From assembly GCF_001194135.2 (NCBI RefSeq), contig NC_068984.1:121596002-121630932 (forward strand): DNA of 34,931 bases, in the 5' to 3' direction. Of the stretch, positions 11,437 to 22,196 are shown piece by piece (position 1 is the first letter of the stretch; each line of letters opens with the position of its first letter). The translations under genes and the position numbers were made by a program. The notes under the pieces are model-generated. The model saw only the letters and a list, made by a program, of their open reading frames with translations, had not been told where the DNA came from and did no database searches. Source of the DNA: Octopus bimaculoides (taxonomy: Eukaryota).

Positions 11437-11790
11437 ATCATCATCATCATCGTCGTCGTTTAACGTCCGTTTTCCATGCTAGCATGGGTTGGATGGTTCG
11501 ACCAGGGTCTGAGAAGCCAGGAAGCTGCACCAGGCTCCAGTCTGATCTGGCAGTGTTTCTACAGCTGGATGCCCTTCCTAATGCCAACCACTCCATGAGT
11601 GTAGTGGATGCTTTTTACGTGCCACCAGCACAGGGGCCAGAGGAGGCTGGCAACAGCCACGATTGGTTGGTGCTTTTTACGTGCCACCGGCACAGAAGCC
11701 AGTCAAGGCGGCGCTGACATCAGCCACGTTCGGATGATGCTTTTTACGTGCCACCGGCACGGGTATCACAACTACAATTTCCATTTGATC
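11437..11790 (-). mobile_element. RTE 3'-UTR fragment (family C) with internal repeated gtgcttttacgtgccacc units
   Basis: catcatcatcgtcgtcgtttaacgtccgttttccatgctagcatgggttgga. Three ttttacgtgccacc units lie between 11613 and 11757. Confidence 0.9.
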
Positions 11791-11809
11791 TTTAAATAAT
11801 GATGATGAT

Positions 11810-13250
11810 GATTTCTTTATTGGCCACCAGGGCCAAACACAAAACATAGAGGATGATACATAGATGAGAGACAGGGAGGTTAAATATTTTAACAGCAAAC
11901 AAACACAATGATTAACAATGAGATTAACTCAACGATATGCTTCCCCTAGCAAGTTGGTGCCTCTGTTTCCAAGCTTTTGCTTGACTCTTTTTTTCTACCA
12001 TATCCTAGAATCACCAGTTTTCCACTCACATTTTTAGTCATCTTAAACAAGATACATTAAGCTGAATGAGGAATCAATTGCTGTATATCTATTTTTGCCA
12101 GGTTACAAATATTCTGTTTACCTCAGCCGTATTATTCATACTTCATTTTCTACAAGACATAAATCATACTGTTGACATTACAAACTCATACATATCTATA
12201 ATACATACCCTACTAGCACATTTGTGTCTGTACACTTTTCTTTCATTAATGTTGTAATATAAGATGTGTAGTTTTTATATGCATAAACAACTGTTCATTT
12301 TTAAGTTTATACTTTACAGTCTTTGGAAGAATATGTTTTTGTTTTACTACTCTGAAATGATAGTTCCATTTCACCAAAAGAGGTCTCTTTCATGTAGCAG
12401 GGAGAAAATGAAGGAAAATATAAATATATAACTTTATTATTGTTATTCCTGTGCATCTTTATTTACCATATTGATGACCTCAACCTGATTGGACAGCTCA
12501 TGCTTATAAATTTAATCTTCGCCAGCTGTCTTCCATTTATTTTATACATTAGTGACCCTAACACTCAAACATATAGCCATATTAATAATGAACAGCTACA
12601 AATCAAACAGCCTTCTTCTGACTGAACAGCATAGGCACATGTTTACAGATATAGCCAGCATTATTGAATAACTACAATGTTTACAAGTTCATCAATATTT
12701 TCTACACTACTCTATATATATCCTCAACCTTTGATTAAACAGCTTTGTTTTCTAACTGACCAACTACCACATATGAAGTCTGAATTTTTGTCCAAAGCTA
12801 CAACTACCATCATTATGTTTGATCAGCCCAAAGACCACTTCTACACTCATTCTAATACCACCATGAAGAACATTGGCCACACCAAACAAAGAAAAAAACA
12901 AAGAAAAAACCTGACTGCTTTTTCAATTTTAAGAGGAAATTGTCCAGCGTCCATAAGTTCCATCTTACAAAATCTTTCTCAGAGGCCCTGGGAATGGAAA
13001 GTCTAGCATTTTGAACTCTGGAAAGTTCAGCCATGTAAAAGCTCTGAAGGAATAGAGTTGACTTGTATTGTCTGCCACATAATTCTCCTTCTTTTCCTTT
13101 CCAGTATACCCATTGTGTCTCATCCACAAAATTCTACACTAAAAACACTTTTTTCCAATCCTTTCTCCACAGAACTGAAAATCCTTTGGAACTCCTTTTC
13201 TGCAGAAACTGAAGCTGAATATTAACCACATTCATTTCATCAATATGGGA
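11810..13250 (-). mobile_element. Heavily decayed L1/Tx1-like LINE (RT region to 3' end), tentative
   Basis: Only faint minus-strand motifs, in plausible order: NSIPSELL, LDNF, QKKA-FD, KING..SCP. The 3' end ggccctggtggccaataaagaaat resembles the end at 20580. Confidence 0.4.
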
Positions 13251-13254
13251 GTCA

Positions 13255-13605
13255 TCATCATCATCATTATCATCATTAAATGTCTGTTTTCCATGCTGGC
13301 ATGGGTTGGATGGTTTGACTGAAAACTGGTAAGTTGGGGAGCTGCATCAGTTTCCAATCTGATTTGGTATGGTTTCTACAGTTGGGTACCCTTCCTAACG
13401 TAAACCACTGTGAGAGTGTTGAGGGCGTTTTTTGTGGGTGCCAGTTACAAAACACCAGCATTGCCATGACTATGGTCTCACTTGGCTTGACAGGTCTTTT
13501 CAAGTACAGTATACTGCCAAAGGTTTCAGCCAAGTGTCACTGCCTCCGTGAGGCCCAAAGTTCAAAGAGTGTTTTTTACGTACCACTGGCATGGGTGCCA
13601 GACTC
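13255..13605 (-). mobile_element. RTE 3'-UTR fragment (family C), diverged
   Basis: catcatcatcattatcatcattaaatgtctgttttccatgctggcatgggttggatggtttgactg... Confidence 0.85.
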
Positions 13606-13617
13606 TAAATAATGATG

Positions 13618-13812
13618 TTGTTGTTGTTGCTGTTGTTTAGATTCAGTTTGAGCCTGAGCAAGCAAAGCTATAATTAACGACATTCCAATCATGATTATTG
13701 TTCTGTCTCTTATTCAAATATGGCATTTCTAGCACTACATTATCAAATATGGTCTTGAAAAGAACTGGGGGACGTTTTGACTGTTATTTCTAGCAGGGTG
13801 AATGACCATGTA
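13618..13812 (-). mobile_element. Family F repeat
   Basis: gttgttgttgttgctgttgtttag...gactgttatttctagcagggtgaatgaccatg is the reverse complement of family F. Confidence 0.7.
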
Positions 13813-13815
13813 GAG

Positions 13816-14003
13816 CAGGCATGGGCAACCTTATTGAAGACACAGGTCGCATGATACATAGCTCATGATTTGGCAGGCTGCACTACTAAAATAATACACA
13901 ATAATCTTCTAATGGTATGCCATTCAGAATGTTCTGCAGGTCACAATTTACTTCTCATGATTGATGTAGAGGCTTCTGTGTGTTCCCAATGTTCCCAAGT
14001 CTG
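13816..14003. mobile_element. hAT-type MITE (short), tentative
   Basis: Imperfect TIRs: caggcatgggcaac and gttcccaagtctg (reverse complement cagacttgggaac). No clear TSD. Confidence 0.5.
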
Positions 14004-14240
14004 CATATGTTATGAGCACTGCTGATCATCACTAAAAATTTTAAGAAAAAAACAAAAAAAAACCACCATCCTTCCCAACCTGTTATTATGTGTTATAGAT
14101 ATGTCTGGTGGTTATAGATATGATGTTGGGCATTCAATGAAGGTTGATCTGGTGCTAAATAACATTATGCATTATATATGGGACTTCAGGTCTGCAACAG
14201 TAATTATGTACGTATGTATGCTTGATGTATCTGATCTGAT

Positions 14241-14242
<2 letters not shown>

Positions 14243-14302
<60 letters not shown>
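14243..14302. repeat. (TG)n running into an assembly gap
   Basis: Directly visible. Confidence 0.97.
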
Positions 14303-14617
14303 NNNNNNNNNNNNNNNNNNNNNNNNNNNNNNNNNNNNNNNNNNNNNNNNNNNNNNNNNNNNNNNNNNNNNNNNNNNNNNNNNNNNNNNNNNNNNNNNNN
14401 NNNNNNNNNNNNNNNNNNNNNNNNNNNNNNNNNNNNNNNNNNNNNNNNNNNNNNNNNNNNNNNNNNNNNNNNNNNNNNNNNNNNNNNNNNNNNNNNNNNN
14501 NNNNNNNNNNNNNNNNNNNNNNNNNNNNNNNNNNNNNNNNNNNNNNNNNNNNNNNNNNNNNNNNNNNNNNNNNNNNNNNNNNNNNNNNNNNNNNNNNNNN
14601 NNNNNNNNNNNNNNNNG

Positions 14618-14969
14618 GGTTCTAGTTGATCCGATCAACAGAACAGCCTGCTCATGAAATTAACGTGCAAGTGGCTGAGCACTCCACAGACACGTGTAGT
14701 CTTAACGTAGTTCTCGGAGATATTCAGCGTGACACAGTGTGACAAGGCTGACCCTTTGAATTACAGGCACAACAAAAACAGGAAGTAAGGGTGAGAGAAA
14801 GTTGTGGTGAAAGAGTACAGCAGGGTTCGCCACCACCCCCTGCCAGAGCCTCGTGGAGCTTTAGGTGTTTTCGCTCAATAAACACTCACAACGCCCGGTC
14901 TGGGAATCAAAACGGTGATCCTATAACCGCGAGTCAGCTGCCCTAACCACTGGGCCATTGTGCTTCCAC
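14618..14969 (-). mobile_element. tRNA-derived SINE family D (tRNA-Arg-like head)
   Basis: The reverse complement starts gtggaagcacaatggcccagtggttagggcagctgactcgcggt...gttttgattcccagacc, giving A-box tggcccagtgg, a TCG anticodon-like loop and a degenerate B-box. Confidence 0.8.
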
Positions 14970-14971
14970 TC

Positions 14972-15300
14972 ATCTTGCTAGATATAAGAGTGAAATCTCT
15001 CTCAAGTCATCCCTTTCACCATCTTAAGAAAAGAAAACACATTGGATAACATAGTCCTGAGTTCCCTGCGCATAGGAAAAAAGGTTGATGGGAAGGGCAT
15101 GGCTGGAATGCATTTGATCATTGGTCTTCTTGATCAGGGTTAACTTTGGGGCTAAACAACAATAAAAATATGAACATGATAAAGAGGGAGCCTTTATGTG
15201 GTTGCTGGCCCTGCTAGAAACAACAGTTGAATTTTCTCACATCATGTGACTGTCTTATACAAAACAATGGTGGGGTCAAGGTGGAAAGTTTTTGATTACA
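14972..15300 (+). mobile_element. Two adjacent family F repeats
   Basis: cttgctagatataagagtgaaatctctctcaagtc...ggggctaaacaacaat, then gggagcctttatgtggttgctggccctgctagaaacaacag. Confidence 0.7.
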
Positions 15301-15309
15301 CTGTGTAAC

Positions 15310-15575
15310 ACAATTTTTGTCCTTGTGTAGCAGCTGTTATTTCTTATTTGCTTACCCCTAGAAAGTACGAAAAATGGCTTATATTTCCTTCAGACTTTGC
15401 TTTTGTTATACTTATTCAAACCCTTAAGAATCCCTTTCAACACATGGCTATGATGCTCCCCCCACTACTCCTGCTCATGATCAGAGATGCTAACATTGTC
15501 TGCCACTGAAAACATGCTCAAGTGGTTTTTGGTCAAGTAACTGACAAGTAAATCTGTGATACTGAGCAGAATATT
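15310..15575. mobile_element. Interspersed repeat (family H), class not determined
   Basis: tgctccccccactactcctgctcatgatcagagatg...ctgacaagtaaatctgtgatactgagcagaatatttgct resembles a repeat I recall from octopus DNA. It is single-copy in this window. Confidence 0.4.
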
Positions 15576-15744
15576 TGCTATAACGGATATTTCTCGTTGA
15601 ACAACTCAGTGCCTGAATCTGTCTGAAATGTAATGGAAAATATGTGTTTCAAAACATTCATGTTCAGGCCACAAAAGTAAAGTTTGAAGGACATAGTAGT
15701 CATTTTTCCTTTGATTTCCAGATAGAAACAAATAGGAAATAATA

Positions 15745-16255
15745 GGCGCGGGAGTGGCTGTGTGGTAAGTAGCTTGCTTACAAACCACATGGTTCCATGT
15801 TCAGTCCCACTGTGTGGCACCTTGGGCAAGTGTCTTCTACTATAGCCTCGGGCAGACCAAAGCCTTGTGAGTGGATTTGGTAGACGGAAACTGAAAGAAG
15901 CCCGTCGTATATATATATNNNNNNNNNNNNNNNNNNNNNNNNNNNNNNNNNNNNNNNNNNNNNNNNNNNNNNNNNNNNNNNNNNNNNNTATATATATTTA
16001 TATATATTTATATATATATATATATGTATGTGTGTGTATATGTTTGTGTGTCTGTGTCTGTGTTTGTCCCCCCAACATCGCTTGACAACCGATTCTGGTG
16101 TGTTTACGTTCCCCTAACTTAGCGGTTCGGCAAAAAGAGACCGATAGAATAAGTACTGGGCTTACAAAGAATAAGTCCTGGGGTCGATTTGCTCGGCTAA
16201 AGGCGGTGCTCCAGCATGGCCACAGTCAAATGACTGAAACAAGTAAACGAGTGAC
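15745..16255 (+). mobile_element. SINE family A, full length and well preserved (gap inside its TA microsatellite)
   Basis: ggcgcgggagtggctgtgtggtaagtagcttgc...gttcagtccc...gtggcaccttgggcaagtg...gactgaaacaagtaaacgagt. CpGs are retained. Confidence 0.92.
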
Positions 16256-16338
16256 GAGTGCTATAGGTCTACTCAAATCAAAGCATATCTGAGGTAAAAG
16301 CTACACAATAACAATCATAAAAACATGAACAAGATAAT

Positions 16339-16760
16339 AAGGGAGCCTTTATGTACTTGTTGGCCCTGCTAGAAATAGCAGCTGAATTTTCTCATATCAC
16401 TCATTACTGCCTTTTACAAAATGATGGGATAGTCAAGACTGGAACGCTTTTGATCATAGATTTGCTCTTTCAGAACTGAGCTGGAGCTAAACAACAGCAA
16501 CAACATAAATACAATCATTGTGACTACCACCACTGCAATCATCATTGCAATACTGGGAGCCTTTATGCAGTCAATGGACTGCTAGAAATAGCAGCCAAAT
16601 CTTCTTCAAATCTCACTGTATTATTTATAAATGATATTGAAACAATGGATAATGTAATCCTAGATGTTCCTAAAATTGATTAACATTCAGATTTCCGTGG
16701 GGCTCTTGACCAGCTAGAAATAGCAGCTAAATCTTCCTCAAATCACACCCCCTAACCTTA
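16339..16760 (+). mobile_element. Cluster of three family F repeats
   Basis: The motif gctagaaatagcagc occurs three times (about 16368, 16579 and 16714), each followed by (g/a)aat(t/c)tt(c)..ca.at. Confidence 0.8.
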
Positions 16761-17254
16761 GACACACTGGCCAAAATTTGTCTTAGATATAATTAAAAGA
16801 ATTCCTAGAATGCTTTTGAGTATATATCAGCTTTATAAGGGCTATCCGGGAGGGGGGTGCAGGGACAACAACATTAACAAAAAAAACACTAACAACAAGA
16901 ACATCAACCAGCAGTACAACATTAAATTGTGGCAACAACATTGAACAATAACTTTTTTGTTCAGATTCCAAATGCTCCTGTTATTAAATACAATACCTGG
17001 TGTAAATAATTAATGATTTATTGATTAATTGTCTCCTGATACAACCAATGTCATCCCTAATCGATATATCTATTCTCAATAGACTCCAAAAAATTGTTTC
17101 ATTACACAAACAATGCTTTTCTAAAACTCACAGATAAACATCATTTTCAACAGACCCTTCCATGTACCTCTGCTGTGTCTGACGGTCTTGTTTAATTCCC
17201 TCATGACTTTCACTTGGCCAATTTCTATCCCTCCTTCTTCTGCTTCCACCCCTT

Positions 17255-17783
17255 GCTCTCTCTCTCTCTCTCTCTCTCCCTCTCTCTCTCCCTCTCTCTC
17301 TCTCTCTCCCTCTCTCTCTCTNNNNNNNNNNNNNNNNNNNNNNNNNNNNNNNNNNNNNNNNNNNNNNNNNNNNNNNNNNNNNNNNNNNNNNNNNNNNNNN
17401 NNNNNNNNNNNNNNNNNNNNNNNNNNNNNNNNNNNNNNNNNNNNNNNNNNNNNNNNNNNNNNNNNNNNNNNNNNNNNNNNNNNNNNNNNNNNNNNNNNNN
17501 NNNNNNNNNNNNNNNNNNNNNNNNNNNNNNNNNNNNNNNNNNNNNNNNNNNNNNNNNNNNNNNNNNNNNNNNNNNNNNNNNNNNNNNNNNNNNNNNNNNN
17601 NNNNNNNNNNNNNNNNNNNNNNTTTCTCTTTATTCTCCTCTTCCTATGGTAAAGCCTCTGATTGAGGGCAGTGGTACCACAACTACTGGTGGACTTTGGA
17701 CACTGATAATGGAAATGGATACTTGCTTGATGTAAGCAAAAGTTGCAATCATAGATGACGATGATGATGATGACGACGACGAC

Positions 17784-17835
<52 letters not shown>

Positions 17836-17955
17836 ACTATTATTGTTCTCTTCTTCCTTTCCTTTATCACTATTCCTCATTATTTTTCTTTTTCCTACTC
17901 TCTCTCTCTCTCTCTCTTTCTCTCTTTCTTTCTTTCTTTCTTTCTTTCTCTCTCT
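17255..17955. repeat. (CT)n, gap, (GAT)n and (CT/CTTT)n microsatellites
   Basis: Directly visible. A unique island of about 120 bp lies at 17625-17750. Confidence 0.9.
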
Positions 17956-18199
17956 CCTGCTTCCTCTTTGTTCTTTTCCACTCTCATCGGATATCACTTC
18001 TCTCCCTCCACCAACTATGAAACTTTATCATAACAACAGCTGTCATACTGCCATATTTACTCAAGATGTTAATTATTTCAACCAGGTTTTAGCATGCAGT
18101 GGGCAGCACAATATATAACAACAACAACAACAACAACTGCTACTACTACAACTACAACTAAAACAACACCACCAACAACAACAGCAACAACAACAAGAA

Positions 18200-18381
18200 G
18201 TGGTGTTTTTAATTTAGACTCAAGGCTAGCAATTTTGATGGGAGAAAGTAAGTTGAGGCTATCAATCTGAGTACATGGCCAGTGCTTTATATTATCGATC
18301 CAGAAAGGATGAAACACAAAGCTGACCTTGGTAAGATTTGAACTCAGAATGAAAAGAGCCAGGAGAGATGCTGCTAAACAT
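18200..18381 (-). mobile_element. SINE family B, diverged
   Basis: caaggctagcaatttt...ttatcgatccagaaaggatgaaacacaaagctgaccttgg...atttgaactcagaa. Confidence 0.75.
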
Positions 18382-18580
18382 TTTATTCTTTTATTCTTTA
18401 ACTTGTTTCAGTCATTTGACTGTAACCATGCCGAAGCACTACCTTTAGTTTGAGCAAATTGACCCCAGGACTTATTCTTTGTAAGCCTAGTACATATTGT
18501 ATTGGTCTCTTTTGCCAAACCGCAAACTGCTTAGTTGTCGAGCGATGGTAGGGGGACAAACACAGACACACAAACATATA
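18381..18580 (-). mobile_element. SINE family A, 3' half
   Basis: ttttattcttttattctttaacttgtttcagtcatttgactg...gggggacaaacacagacac is the reverse complement of the family A tail. Confidence 0.88.
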
Positions 18581-18941
18581 CTGAATGATGCAGGGCATTT
18601 AAATGTAAGAACGCACATGGTGTAATGTGATGAATATTTCAGAAATAGCATATTATGTGTTGGGTCCAGCTGATGAACTTAAGTATTTTTTAAATACACA
18701 AAGCAAAATCTATAGATCCTGGAATATACACATCCTTACTTAGGTATTCCATGCAAGGTAAGCTTGTGTCTGTTATGTTTATCACATCCACCATGTGTAT
18801 TTTTATAGTGAGTAAATTGTGGTTTAGAGCAACAGCTCTGTTCATAGCCTTCTGTATTTTATTTATAAATAGACTTATAAATGTCTAAACTTGCTAACCA
18901 CTTTATTATTAACATTATTTTAAATAATGTTAGTGATACTT

Positions 18942-19101
18942 AACGGGCTTCTTTCAGGTTCCATCTACCAAATCCACTCACAAGGTTTTTGGTCGGCCTG
19001 AGGCTATAGTAGAAGACACTTCCCCAAGGTGCCATGCAGTGGGACTGAACCTGGAACCATATAGTTGGGAAGCAAGCTTCCTACCACACAGCCACTCCTG
19101 C
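18942..19101 (-). mobile_element. SINE family A, 5' half
   Basis: acgggcttctttcag...ccaaggtgccatgcagtgggactgaacc...ctaccacacagccactcctgc is the reverse complement of the family A head. Confidence 0.9.
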
Positions 19102-19127
19102 TAACAATTCTACTAGCTTCTCAACTT

Positions 19128-19172
19128 AACAACAACAACAACAACAACAACAACAGCAACAACAACAACAAC

Positions 19173-19235
<63 letters not shown>

Positions 19236-19236
19236 C
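19128..19236. repeat. (AAC)n(AAT)n compound microsatellite
   Basis: Directly visible. Confidence 0.97.
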
Positions 19237-19428
19237 CTTACTACTATAGGCACAAGGCCTGAAATTTTGGGGGATGAGACTAGTCAATTACATTGACCCC
19301 AGAATTTCACTGGTACTTAATTTATCAGCCCCCGAAAGGATGAAAGGCAATGTTGACCTCAACAGAATTTGAACTCAGAATGTAGCAATGGGAGAAATAC
19401 TGCTAAGCATTTTGTCCAGCGATCACCC
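19237..19428 (-). mobile_element. SINE family B, with the adjacent (AAT)n run (about 19171-19236) at its 3' end
   Basis: tactataggcacaaggcctgaaatttt...gaaaggatgaaaggcaatgttgacctc...tttgaactcagaatg. Confidence 0.85.
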
Positions 19429-19439
19429 CCCCCCCCATC

Positions 19440-20315
19440 TAAGGTACATTGATTGACGCAAGTTCAAAGTTGAAACCGAAAGATAGATTTGGTCCTTGGT
19501 TACTCCAGATGAGAAATATAACTGAAACTAACAAAATTATTTGGGCTGCAGGTGTGGTTGCTGCAGATAGAGTTGGATACAAAAGAAGAGAACAAACAGA
19601 ACATAAAGAACCGTATTGGCATAGACAAATTTATGAGAAACAAACAAAGTTAAAAAGACATTTAGGATATGTTGAGAGATTGAGAAGAGTGGAATAGCAG
19701 AATGAAAGCATAAGAATAATGCTAGAAAAAACATATAGAATAAGAGATAAAGGGTATGATGTGATATTGGAAGAACTGAAACAAAGAGTAGTAGCAATCA
19801 AAGCAAAACTGGAAAGATATGACAATAGAACAAAACAATTCAGGCAAAACAGATTGCTTAAAGCAAATCAGAAGAAACTGTTTCAGGAACTAGATGGGCA
19901 AATACATGTAACAATGATACCAGATACAGAGGAAAGCAGGGCATTCCAGAGAAGAATCTGGGACCAACATGTAGAGCATAATGATGAAGCAGAGTGGCTG
20001 CATGAAATCCAAGATAGGTTACAAAATATAGAAGGTCAAGAAGACATAAAAATAACTACAGAAATGATAAAAAAGCAGTTAAGAAAATTCCCAAATTGGA
20101 AGAGCCCAGGACTGGATGGGAGTCCAAGGTAACTAGAGGAAGAAGCTGAGAGGGCTCCATGAAAGGATAGCACAACAGCTAGACAAGTGCTTGCAGGAAA
20201 GCACAGTATGAAGCTGGATGACAAGGGGAAAACATTGTTATGTGCCAAGGATCCTGAAAAGGGAAATGTTGCATCCAACTTAAGACCAATAACATGCCTT
20301 CTGCTAATGTGGAAA
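19440..20315 (+). mobile_element. R4/Dong-like non-LTR retrotransposon fragment (pre-RT and start of RT)
   Basis: ORFs 19449-19697 and 19719-20132 share a frame separated by one TAG. Peptides: EELKQRVVAIKAKLERYDNRTKQFRQNRL..NQKKLFQEL, PNWKSPGLDG, then after a frameshift [32 protein letters not shown]. Confidence 0.8.
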
Positions 20316-20319
20316 GGGT

Positions 20320-20489
20320 CCAAAACTGACTAGATCTAGCCTCTCACACCAACCCCACAATATTACCTTAAAAATAAACAATCATGTCATTGAAATCTCA
20401 AAGCTACAAGGTAATGCATGATTAATTCAAATCAATGTGAATAAATAAATATTACATTTGACTGAGAAATCTGAATGCTAAAGGGTTAA
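20320..20489. mobile_element. piggyBac-like MITE, one end only
   Basis: Ends aatgctaaaggg|ttaa. Its reverse complement aligns to the element at 23704-24201. Confidence 0.7.
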
Positions 20490-20579
20490 ACTCAAAACAC
20501 AATGAGTTATAACAAATGCCACACTGCATTTTATCTCCAGCACTTTAACGATTCTGCCAAATAATAATTTCTCTGATAT

Positions 20580-20834
20580 TAGTTTCTCTTATTTCTGTTA
20601 TTGGCCACAAAGGGCCAAAAACATTGGTGAAAATACAAAGATGAAACATGAAAATATGAAAACAGTAAAAGGGAAATATCAACCATAACAATAAATGAAC
20701 AACAAAATAAAAGAGAAAGGGATTCCCACAAATGGCAGGGTGGGGTCAACTGCATAGGGTTACTCAGGTCAACCCATCAAAAACTATAGATGACTCTGCA
20801 CACCAAAGCAAGTACCTTCTTCCAGTTTTTGCCA
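20580..20834 (-). mobile_element. 3' end of an L1/Tx1-like LINE, tentative
   Basis: The reverse complement ends tttttggccctttgtggccaataacagaaataagagaaa, like the ends at 11810 and 27864. Confidence 0.45.
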
Positions 20835-21417
20835 CCAACTTACAGCAACAGTGGTAGATGTAGTGGCGGCGGCAGTGGTGGTGATGGTTTCAGACTTTGC
20901 TATTTAAGTCTACAAATATATGTGGGATAGTGTGTAGTCAAATGAATCAAGCCAAAATATGAGTGCTATTTACTTATTTTACTGACCATGAAGGGATGAA
21001 GGGAAAAGTCAAACTACAAGCAAGCAAAGAACAACATCCCCTGCTCCATCAATTTATAACTCTCACTAACTCATAACTTAATGAATGAACCGAAAATGTA
21101 AGTCAATTTTGGGCTCTCAGACAACATACTTTCTGCTGTATATTACTCACCACAATTGATCAAATACTATTGATTTGTAATATATTGATCTAGAAATTAT
21201 AATAGAAAAGAATTATAAAAGTAAGATGTTAATGTGTCTTATATTAGACTAAACACAAAATAGCAACAAGCTCACTGTATCTAGTGTTTTTCGTTTTCTG
21301 CCTGATTGGTAATTATAATATGTAGCACCATCTAATAACAGCAACTGGTAACAGGTGGGCCACTGAGATGTTCACTGTGGTCCCCATGATCATTTCCAAA
21401 AGATTTTCAAATTGAAT

Positions 21418-21830
21418 GCCTGTGTGGTTAAGAGGTTTATTTCCCAGCCACAAATGGCAGGGTGGGGTCAACTGCATAGGGTTACTCAGGTCAACCCATC
21501 AAAAACTATAGATGACTCTGCACACCAAAGCAAGTACCTTCTTCCAGTTTTTGCCATCACTGTGTGACACCTTGGGCAAGTATTTTCTAACCTCAAGCTA
21601 ACCAAAACCTTGTGAACAGATTCGGTTGACAGAAACTGAAAAAAGCTTGTCATATGTGTGTGTGTGTGCGTGCGTGTGTGTGTGTGTGTGCGTGTGTGCG
21701 TGTGTGTGTGTGTGCACATGCACGTGTATGTGTGCATGTGTATGTGTGCACATGCACATGCACACATTTGTTCGGCTAAAAGGTGGTGCTCCAGCATAGC
21801 CACAGTCAAATGACTGAAACAAGTAAAAAA
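21418..21830 (+). mobile_element. SINE family A with internal deletion and a 109-bp foreign insert (21448-21556)
   Basis: Head gcctgtgtggttaagagg. It resumes tcactgtgtgacaccttgggcaag after the insert. Tail ggtggtgctccagcatagccacagtcaaatgactgaaacaagtaaaa. Confidence 0.88.
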
Positions 21831-22196
21831 AAAAATAAAAGGAAAAAAAGAAAATACAAAAAAGAAATACTGAAGGTAAATGAAAAGAGAAAACAAAGAG
21901 AATAAGGTCAGTGATGTCTAACTTGAAATTAGTTTATGACATTTATTACCTTTTTGACATGTTTAATATTGGTAAGTATAATTTTCTCAATGATTTTCAT
22001 GCAGATGCCAAAGGTTTGGGAATGCACACCTGACAGAGTTCAGGCTTCAAGCAGTTAACAATAAAACAAAATCAAAAGAAATAATGGAAACATTTAACAT
22101 AACAAAATATTTTTTTAAATCTATAAGTTTATTACGATAAATGGAAACAAAACAAACTAATGTTTGTTTTAGAAGCATTGAAATGTTTACTGTGAG

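Noticed and set aside
14880-14969. tRNA-Arg-like sequence
   Set aside because: It is the head of a SINE with a degenerate B-box and runs on into SINE body, so it is not a tRNA gene. The same applies to the A, B and E heads.
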